Assembly: GCF_023746535.1 (NCBI RefSeq)
Contig: NZ_CP098747.1
Location: 656,364-688,363 of the forward strand
Origin: Sneathiella marina
Lineage (GTDB): Bacteria > Pseudomonadota > Alphaproteobacteria > Sneathiellales > Sneathiellaceae
DNA: 32,000 bases
Direction: 5' to 3'
The translations under genes were made by a program, and so were the position numbers. Within the stretch, counting starts at the first letter, position 1. Each line of letters opens with the position of its first letter. This document shows, piece by piece, positions 8,371 to 15,557 of the stretch. A model generated the notes under the pieces. It was not told where the DNA came from. It made no database searches and saw only the letters and a list, made by a program, of their open reading frames with translations.

Positions 8371-9187
8371 TTTCCACCCCTTTTCTTTTTGCCCCAATTA
8401 GGTTTCCGAGAATATTCGCTAGAACACTTGCGCAATCCGGATCGCGGAGCATGGATAAATGGTCCCCTGGGACATTATGAGTAGTAACTGATCCGTGTAT
8501 GAATTTATCCCATCCCAGATCTCCATTACCATATCGCCATATTTTATTATTCTGTCCGGCCTTTAACACAATTGCGGATCCCGTTTTCCACTCACGTGGA
8601 TTGTATGTAGACATCATCTTGTACATTTGCCGAATTATATGCCGATAGGATTCGGGGTGTCGGTTCAGATCGAAACCTATTTGACCATATTTGTGCAACA
8701 TCATTGGGTCAATATTTCTCGAAATTAGGCGGCGCCAATTGCTGCCCAGATAGCGAATAGCATAGAGTAATTCCTGCAACGGTGACTGTAGCAATCGAGA
8801 TTGAATATTTTTGGAGCGAATTGTTGTGTCCAGAATAAAAAGTCTACAGAAAATCGCATGGGATTTCGACAGCCAATGCGCTGTCTCAAATGCAAAGTAT
8901 CCAGCGAAGGAAAATCCGCACACATTGATTGGTTCCGGAAGATTAGCCTCTGCAATATCTCTAGCGAAGCGTGCAGCTGCATCTATGAGGGATAGATTCT
9001 CTAAATTTTCTATCATGTCAGGCTTGAGACGAATGCCGTAGCAGTTTACATCGTTAGAAAGTTTTTGAACTATTGGTTTTGCGTAAAGTACGTTTCCGCC
9101 GAAGTCAGGAAAGAAAACCAAGCTACCTCCAGTGGCACACTTACTCATGGTAAAAACAGTTGAGGAATTATTTGACTGTCTGTCCAT
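8354..9187 (-). CDS. Thioesterase-domain alpha/beta hydrolase (type-II-TE-like)
   Basis: ATG at 9187. Motifs are LVFFPDFGGN, the nucleophile elbow GFSFAG and the C-terminal VPGDHLSML. The gene overlaps the downstream ligase::ACP gene by 17 nt. Confidence 0.7.
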   Translation of the reverse strand: MDRQSNNSSTVFTMSKCATGGSLVFFPDFGGNVLYAKPIVQKLSNDVNCYGIRLKPDMIENLENLSLIDAAARFARDIAEANLPEPINVCGFSFAGYFAFETAHWLSKSHAIFCRLFILDTTIRSKNIQSRLLQSPLQELLYAIRYLGSNWRRLISRNIDPMMLHKYGQIGFDLNRHPESYRHIIRQMYKMMSTYNPREWKTGSAIVLKAGQNNKIWRYGNGDLGWDKFIHGSVTTHNVPGDHLSMLRDPDCASVLANILGNLIGAKRKGVENAQFN

Positions 9188-9190
9188 TTA

Positions 9191-10372
9191 CTATGGCTTC
9201 TCGTTTGAGGGGGAGCGTCGGAACGGTAATCTCTCAGCTTCTGAAAGACGTTCTTGAAGGGCGGATTCGCGTTTACGATTTAGGCCCATTTCCGCAATTT
9301 CGTTAAAGTCGGACTCATTAAACCACATGGCGTGGCGTGTCGGTTCCATAGGGATACCTCGTTCAGACTTATGGAGACCAGTTGTACCAAAGTTAATTAT
9401 GTTTTGATTAGTCGCAATCGCTTGTTCAATAGTTTGATATATTCCCATTTCGAAAAGGAGAAACGGAACACTGCCCGTATGCCCCCAATGTTGTGCAAAG
9501 CGTATGTCTGTAGTGAGTACATCCAGTCGGGCGGCAATCCAAGCCTCATCCTTAAGCGCAATAGTCATTTCCAATGAATCTTTCATGCATTCTAATACCA
9601 TCTCGAAATAATTTAAGTTGAGCCAAGGAGCAGTTGTATTTCGAACAAATGTCGATTTATATAATTCGTAAAATTTGGGTGCCAGATCAGGGCCTATCTC
9701 TTTTCCGGAAAATGACCTGAATTTTAGGCCAGATGCAGCCACTTTGCGGCGATCCGACAATAATTTAGACCGTTTTGAGCTTCGCATCTTGCCAATGAAA
9801 TCGTCAAAATTATTTATGCCATCCGCGTTCCAAACATAGGCATTTCCTTCGGTGGTGATAAATTCCGATTGTCTGACGCAATTTTCGTCTTCATTTGACA
9901 TATAGGAAAGTTGAACTGATGCAGCCCGGTATTTCGAAGCCTGCTTCTTGAGACGGTTCAATAGCTCTGCTCGGGCAGTGGTGGCCTCAACACCTTCCTT
10001 TATAAGTAAGCGTGATCCGGATATAGGCGTGAAGGGCACTTCGACTTGTAGTTTGGGGTAATAGGGGCCGATAGATCGTTCATGCGCCATCGCCAGGCCT
10101 ATATCGACGCCTAGCTCGCCGTGAGAATGAGTTTTGAGGTAAGCAGGAGCGGCGGCGACAATGTTGCCGCAATCATCCCTTAAAGCGATATGTCGCGGAC
10201 TGAATCCAGTATCAGGTGATACGACACCGCTTTCTTCTAAGGCACGCAAATGCTGATGTCTAACAAAAGGATCTTTTTTGCCGGCGCAATCATTCCAATC
10301 GGCTTCTGGAATGCCGGCAATGCTGGTATGGCAGGTTGCGCTCCACTTTCCTATGCGATCAGATAAATTCAT
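9191..10372 (-). CDS. FemAB-like / DUF482 (PF04339-like) GNAT-fold acyl/aminoacyl transferase
   Basis: ATG at 10372 overlaps the GGT stop (TGATG). The N-terminal signature IPEADWNDCAGKKDPFVRHQHLRALEESGVVSPDTGFSPRHIAL and the 393-aa length fit the family as I remember it. Confidence 0.65.
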   Translation of the reverse strand: MNLSDRIGKWSATCHTSIAGIPEADWNDCAGKKDPFVRHQHLRALEESGVVSPDTGFSPRHIALRDDCGNIVAAAPAYLKTHSHGELGVDIGLAMAHERSIGPYYPKLQVEVPFTPISGSRLLIKEGVEATTARAELLNRLKKQASKYRAASVQLSYMSNEDENCVRQSEFITTEGNAYVWNADGINNFDDFIGKMRSSKRSKLLSDRRKVAASGLKFRSFSGKEIGPDLAPKFYELYKSTFVRNTTAPWLNLNYFEMVLECMKDSLEMTIALKDEAWIAARLDVLTTDIRFAQHWGHTGSVPFLLFEMGIYQTIEQAIATNQNIINFGTTGLHKSERGIPMEPTRHAMWFNESDFNEIAEMGLNRKRESALQERLSEAERLPFRRSPSNEKP

Positions 10373-12111
10373 CAGCTGATCTTTTGTTGAGAGTTGATTT
10401 TCGTCTTCTGACCGCTATCCCGACGCGGATCCCCTATGGCCTCGTAGTGGCCTTCGCCAGAACCAACAATGCAGACGGATGGCCGATTGATGCCATGTGA
10501 TGTTTCACGAGTGATTTTGTGACCAATCTTTTCCAGATTGACAGCAACGGGTTCGGGAATGCCTTCTTCAATCACTATTTTACCCGCAAAAGAAAGATGA
10601 GGCTCGCTTGATCCAGGGGCAGAATGGGTGAAGACACGTGGTTCGCTTACCGCATCTGCTAAGGGCTGATCAAAGATAAAATGGTTCATCAAAATCTGAA
10701 CTGCGGTTTGTAGCTGCAAGTCTGCGCCAGGCCCCCCGCCCGCAATAAATCGACCTTCGCGGTTCCGGATAATAAACGGACATGCGCTAACGCGTGGCCG
10801 TTTTCCGGGATAAAGGCATGCAGGATGGTCATTTGTAACGTAACTTTGACCGCCTCGTGTCGAAATTACGAACCCAAGATTTGGGACGGCTGGGCCATCG
10901 AACGAACTATCGCTAGGAGTCGATGCAAAGATATTTCCGTGTTTGTCTGCAACTACTGCAATGGAAGTATCCAACGAAGGAGAGAATTCCGTACTCCTTC
11001 GGTTTGCTGAGATTTTTGGTTTTTCAAGCCCTGAGAAGCTTCCCGCCGATGGTAGGGCATCAAATGCATGGTCGGTCTGAATTTGATTGGCGCGTTCAGC
11101 GGCATATGCGGGCGACAGAAGATGATCGCTCGGTACGTTTACAAAATTCGGATCCCCATAATAGGCCTCACGATCCGCCATTGCGAGCTTTATTGCCTCC
11201 AAAAATACATGATGACGAGAGCAGTTGATCTCGGATGGGTTCTCTCGGTAAAAGTGCTCCAAAATCTGAAGCGACTGTGATAGCACCGGCCCTTGTGACC
11301 AAAACCCACAAGTAAAGGCGGTTCCACCAAAAACCGGAGACGCAGTCGCCGGAACAACCGGAGTCTTATGTAAGGCAAGGTCTGTATGTGTCATCAATCC
11401 ATCGTGCTTAACGATATGACGGATCATTTCATCTGCGATTTCACCTTTGTAAAATATGTCGCGAACTGCAGACAATCCTGCAATCCGGTCTTTCTTTGAA
11501 GCGGCCTTTCGATCTGTTTCGATCATGGCACCAAGTGTGTTGGCCAAACTTGGTTGAATAAATGTCTGCCCTAATTGAACTGGTTGTCCATTTGGCAGCC
11601 AAATGTTCGTATTCTCTTCGTAGCGGCGGTAATATCGCTCGAACTGTTTCGTACAATCTACAAGATCCTGATGTGCTGGAAATCCCTCTTTAGCGAGATT
11701 TCTGGCAGGTTCTGCGAGTTCGAAGAAGCTCATGCTCCCGAACTGTTCCAATGCCGTAATCCAGGCATCAGGGCCTGCTGGTGTAACGGTCCTTAAAATA
11801 CCTTGAGGAATTCTTCCGCGATATTTTTCCTCGAAATGCGTCCTTTCGACTGCATGTGGCCAACTTCCGGCCCCCTCAATTGAATAGGTTTGTTGGCTTT
11901 CTGCCAGATACACCAAGATTGGGGAAACACCACCAAGCTGTACTTGCTCGGAATGAAGAACGGTCAAGGCTATAGATGCTGCAACTCCTGCATCGACAGC
12001 ATTTCCACCGGCATCCAGCACATCAGCAGCAATCTCCGCGGCTCTATTATGTCCTACAGAAACAGCATAGGAAGTGCCTCTATCTGCATGTTGTATATTC
12101 ACGACGACCAA
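10372..12111 (-). CDS. Gamma-glutamyltranspeptidase-family Ntn hydrolase, no signal peptide
   Basis: Motifs are AADVLDAGGNAVDAGVAASIALTVLH, the nucleophile region LDTSIAVVADKHGNIF, and GGGPGADLQ near the C-terminus. The start is TTG at 12111 (alternative GTG at 12105). The N-terminus has no hydrophobic leader. Confidence 0.85.
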   Translation of the reverse strand: MVVVNIQHADRGTSYAVSVGHNRAAEIAADVLDAGGNAVDAGVAASIALTVLHSEQVQLGGVSPILVYLAESQQTYSIEGAGSWPHAVERTHFEEKYRGRIPQGILRTVTPAGPDAWITALEQFGSMSFFELAEPARNLAKEGFPAHQDLVDCTKQFERYYRRYEENTNIWLPNGQPVQLGQTFIQPSLANTLGAMIETDRKAASKKDRIAGLSAVRDIFYKGEIADEMIRHIVKHDGLMTHTDLALHKTPVVPATASPVFGGTAFTCGFWSQGPVLSQSLQILEHFYRENPSEINCSRHHVFLEAIKLAMADREAYYGDPNFVNVPSDHLLSPAYAAERANQIQTDHAFDALPSAGSFSGLEKPKISANRRSTEFSPSLDTSIAVVADKHGNIFASTPSDSSFDGPAVPNLGFVISTRGGQSYVTNDHPACLYPGKRPRVSACPFIIRNREGRFIAGGGPGADLQLQTAVQILMNHFIFDQPLADAVSEPRVFTHSAPGSSEPHLSFAGKIVIEEGIPEPVAVNLEKIGHKITRETSHGINRPSVCIVGSGEGHYEAIGDPRRDSGQKTKINSQQKIS

Positions 12112-12326
12112 CTCATTGAACGCGGCGTAAATCCAGCGCTTTATTGAACTAAGATAACAAATTTATATTATATAACTTTATGAGTTAATTTTTTATTTTA
12201 GCCATCAAGCCGCGATCAAAAGGTTTCATTCATTAAGTCCAGCTTTGAGAAGGCCGTCCAGAACAGCCTTGAAATCTGGACCGTGAATATATCCTCCATC
12301 TCGCGATCTTAAGGTTCTTCAAGAAC

Positions 12327-13235
12327 TTAAGGGCGTGAGGCCTGTACCTCCTGAAGCAGCCAGTCGCGAAAAGCCGCGACCTTGGGCTGATTGTCGCTAT
12401 CTTTCGCGCTTAGTAGATAATAGGAGAATTTGAGGGGCGTATTCAGGCTCGGGTTGAAAGGGCGCACGAGGCGACCAGAGGCGATGTCATCTGCCACCAG
12501 AATGTCGCCGATCAACGCCACGCCTTGACCATCTAGTGCGGCTTGCACCGCCATATTTTCCATAGTGAACCGTGGCCCGCGAGCAGGGTCAATGTCGTGC
12601 AAGCCAGCTGCGAGCATCCACATTCGCCAACTCGCCTCGGCATCTTTCCATTCAACATGTAGCAATGTGTGGTGGCGCAGATCGTCGGGCTGGACCAAGG
12701 GATGCTTTCCGCTTAAGAGGGCCGGGCTACAGACCGGCATGTTGACCTGATTGAACAGGTGGTCGATCCGCACTCCATTGTAGCCGCCAGGGCCATAACG
12801 CAGCGCCACGTCGACGTTGTCGCGCGCAAGATCAACCAGACGATCGGTCCCGTCGATGCGGATCTCGATGTCGGGGTGCCGACTACGGAAATGCTCGAGC
12901 CGAGGTACCAGCCACATGGCGCCAAATGAGGGATTGACGCTGATGGTCAACACCCCGCTCTCGCTGTGGGCACGTATTTGCTCGATACCCTGGGCTAGCT
13001 TGTCGAAGCCCTGGCTGAGAATTGGCAGGGCCGCCTGGCCGGCGTCAGTTAGGCGCAGCGCCCGGGTCAGACGTCGGAACAGGGGCACATTTAATAATTC
13101 CTCAAGTGATTTGACCTGATGACTGACTGCTCCTGGCGTGACGTTTAGCTCGGCTGCTGCCTTTGTGAAGCTAAGGTGCCGAGCGGCAGATTCAAAGGCC
13201 TTAATAGCGTTTAAGGGTGGGAGTGATCTGGGCAT
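12327..13235 (-). CDS. LysR-family transcriptional regulator (GcvA/AmpR-like subgroup)
   Basis: The N-terminal wHTH is LPPLNAIKAFESAARHLSFTKAAAELNVTPGAVSHQVKSLEE. Length is 302 aa. The gene is divergent from the DMT gene at 13531. Confidence 0.9.
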   Translation of the reverse strand: MPRSLPPLNAIKAFESAARHLSFTKAAAELNVTPGAVSHQVKSLEELLNVPLFRRLTRALRLTDAGQAALPILSQGFDKLAQGIEQIRAHSESGVLTISVNPSFGAMWLVPRLEHFRSRHPDIEIRIDGTDRLVDLARDNVDVALRYGPGGYNGVRIDHLFNQVNMPVCSPALLSGKHPLVQPDDLRHHTLLHVEWKDAEASWRMWMLAAGLHDIDPARGPRFTMENMAVQAALDGQGVALIGDILVADDIASGRLVRPFNPSLNTPLKFSYYLLSAKDSDNQPKVAAFRDWLLQEVQASRP

Positions 13236-13530
13236 TTCCTACACCTGAGTTTTTCTAATCTATCAGTGGAGATCTATTCGTTTGTCCAAAGCCATAATTC
13301 TGCATACATTTTGTGAAAATGCAAGGCCAGGTAGGTATTGATATCTGCTCTATGTTAGCGCGTATATGGCTTAATTTAATTAATTCATGAGCCAGCACTG
13401 AACGGTCATATCAAAACCTGATGGAAGGCCTGCAACTCTTTGTTATGAAGCTTCCAATCCCGGTGTCAGTTTTGCCGGGCTACAATCGAATGCCAGGGAT
13501 GATGCCCCTGATATCAACCGAAAATGCGAC

Positions 13531-14379
13531 ATGAAACAACATACTCAATCTGAATATTATATTGGTGTTTTCCTGGTTGTGGTTTCGGCCATAACATTTA
13601 GTACGGCGGGCTCATTCACGAAGGGAGTTGAAGCCGGGCCGTGGGAGGTTATATTTTGGAGAGGCTTTTTTGCAGCGGCTTTCACAACAATCTGGATAAT
13701 AAACAAGGGAACGCTGCGGCAGAATTTTTTTGGTATGGGTTACAGTGGGTTAGCGATAGCAGTAGTGGGGGCATTGGGTACGGCGGCATTTATCCAGTCA
13801 TTTAAACTTACATCCATAGCCAATGTTTCAGTTATTTACGCGGCTTCTCCACTTATTGCAGCCCTACTCGCTTGGTTTGTCATGGGAGAAAAAATATCAT
13901 CAAGGACGATGGCGGGGTGTGTTGGCGCGCTGTTGGGTGTTGCGATAATTGTTTCAGGTTCTCTTGGTCAAATTAGCCTCAATGGCGATTTGTTAGCCTT
14001 GTTGATGACCATTGCCATGGCCTTGATAATGGTTATTTATCGGAAATATCCAGGGACACCGGGGGCGGGCCCGGCAGTCCTTTCATCCATTCTCTTGCTG
14101 CCGTTTTCAGTGATATATGGAAATCCATTTGAGATTGAACGCACGGAAGTCTATGTCCTATCCGCATTCGGACTGCTATTTGCCATTGCATCCGTCACCC
14201 TGGCAGAAGGTGCCAAACGGGTACCATCAGGCCAGACGGCTCTTTTAAGTACATTGGAAACCCCTCTAGCTCCGGTTTTCGCATTCATCTTGTTTACGGA
14301 AATTCCAAATACTGCAACATTTCTTGGCGGTTCCGTAGTGCTTTTTGCGGTGCTTATCTCGATAAAAATAGATCCATAA
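13531..14379 (+). CDS. DMT/EamA-family transporter (10-TM type)
   Basis: 282 aa, hydrophobic throughout, with two EamA-like halves. ATG at 13531. Confidence 0.85.
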   Translation: MKQHTQSEYYIGVFLVVVSAITFSTAGSFTKGVEAGPWEVIFWRGFFAAAFTTIWIINKGTLRQNFFGMGYSGLAIAVVGALGTAAFIQSFKLTSIANVSVIYAASPLIAALLAWFVMGEKISSRTMAGCVGALLGVAIIVSGSLGQISLNGDLLALLMTIAMALIMVIYRKYPGTPGAGPAVLSSILLLPFSVIYGNPFEIERTEVYVLSAFGLLFAIASVTLAEGAKRVPSGQTALLSTLETPLAPVFAFILFTEIPNTATFLGGSVVLFAVLISIKIDP

Positions 14380-14520
14380 CGGCGTTTTCGTTACTGAGGC
14401 CATCGCATTGTTCCTGTTTACTGGTCAATTGCACCATTAGATAAAATGCCCGGGATGGACCAAGGTTGGTAATTCATCTTATAGTACAATTTATCAGGTT
14501 AATTATACTGGGAGCACCCC

Positions 14521-15381
14521 ATGGGCCCAACCTCAAACAGCTACATTTCGCAACGTATTAAGCTACATTATGTAGATTGGGGGAACCCGGAGGCACCGCC
14601 GCTATTACTAATACATGGGGGACGGGATCATTGTAGGAATTGGGATTGGATTGCTGAAGAATTACGTCATGACTGGCACGTTATCGCACCTGACTTACGT
14701 GGCCATGGTGACAGTGGGTGGTCTACCGATGGCAATTACAGCATTCAAAGCTATATCTATGACATTGCTCAGCTTATCCATCAAAAGGAATTGAGCCCGG
14801 TAAGCATTGTTTCCCATTCTATGGGTGGAAATATTGCGCTGCGTTATACAGGTCTTTATCCGGAAACTGTAAGAAAACTTGTTGCTATCGAGGGTCTTGG
14901 TGCCTCACCCAAGATGGTGAAAGAAGCTCAAGCCGTTCCTACTGCCCAACGTTGGCGCGACTGGATTGAAAAAAAGCGTGCAGCCAGTGCCCGCTCACAT
15001 CGTCGATATGAAACATTTGAAGATGCTTTGGCGCGCATGAAAGCTGAAAATGGCCATTTGTCGGACATGCAAGCCCTGCATCTTACCACCCATGCTGTGA
15101 ACCAAAATGAAGACGGTACTTTCAGCTGGAAATTTGACAACTATATGCGCGTTTGGGCGCCATTTGATATTGACCATGAAGAAACCCAGAAACTTTGGGG
15201 AGAAATATCCTGCCCAACGATGCTGTGTTACGGCAATGACAGTTGGGCGTCAAATCCGGCGGATGATGGGCGGTCAAAATATTTCAAAAATACTATCGTG
15301 AAGAACTATGAAAACGCTGGCCACTGGTTGCACCATGACCAGTTTGAGAAATTCATGACGGACTTGCGAGAGTTTTTATAA
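14521..15381 (+). CDS. Alpha/beta-fold hydrolase
   Basis: GGGAG RBS upstream. Motifs are the oxyanion HGGRDH, the nucleophile elbow SHSMGG and the C-terminal GHWLHHDQ (catalytic His). Confidence 0.85.
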   Translation: MGPTSNSYISQRIKLHYVDWGNPEAPPLLLIHGGRDHCRNWDWIAEELRHDWHVIAPDLRGHGDSGWSTDGNYSIQSYIYDIAQLIHQKELSPVSIVSHSMGGNIALRYTGLYPETVRKLVAIEGLGASPKMVKEAQAVPTAQRWRDWIEKKRAASARSHRRYETFEDALARMKAENGHLSDMQALHLTTHAVNQNEDGTFSWKFDNYMRVWAPFDIDHEETQKLWGEISCPTMLCYGNDSWASNPADDGRSKYFKNTIVKNYENAGHWLHHDQFEKFMTDLREFL

Positions 15382-15557
15382 TATGTATGAAAACGTGATG
15401 CTCAGGAAAAATAACGAACTACCAGTACACGGAATTTCAGTCTGCGTGGATTCACAAAGCTCCAAATGCAACTTACAGACAGAACAACAATTTTTAAAAT
15501 GCTTGTCGAGGCCGCGAGTCTCTGTATTCGATCTAAAATAAATTTCCGCCTAACTCT

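Noticed and set aside
12167-12172. A perfect TATAAT on the minus strand, 56 nt upstream of the GGT start, as a possible -10 box.
   Set aside because: There is no acceptable -35 at 16-18 nt spacing. The nearest TTAACT is only 10 nt away, and the correctly spaced hexamer is TAAAAA. In a tract this AT-rich a TATAAT is expected by chance. It remains a possibility for transcription-start mapping only.
12308-12331. The inverted repeat CTTAAGGTTCTT-C-AAGAACTTAAG overlapping the LysR stop codon, as a possible terminator.
   Set aside because: The stem is AT-rich with a bulge. There is effectively no loop unless the central pairs open, and no U-tract follows on the minus strand.
13258-13273. The dyad ATC-N10-GAT (ATCTATCAGTGGAGAT), 23 nt upstream of the LysR start, as a LysR T-N11-A box.
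   Set aside because: The spacing does not fit T-N11-A and the arms are only 3 nt long. A nearby TGCAT-N13-ATGCA dyad is equally weak. Neither can be supported without comparative data.
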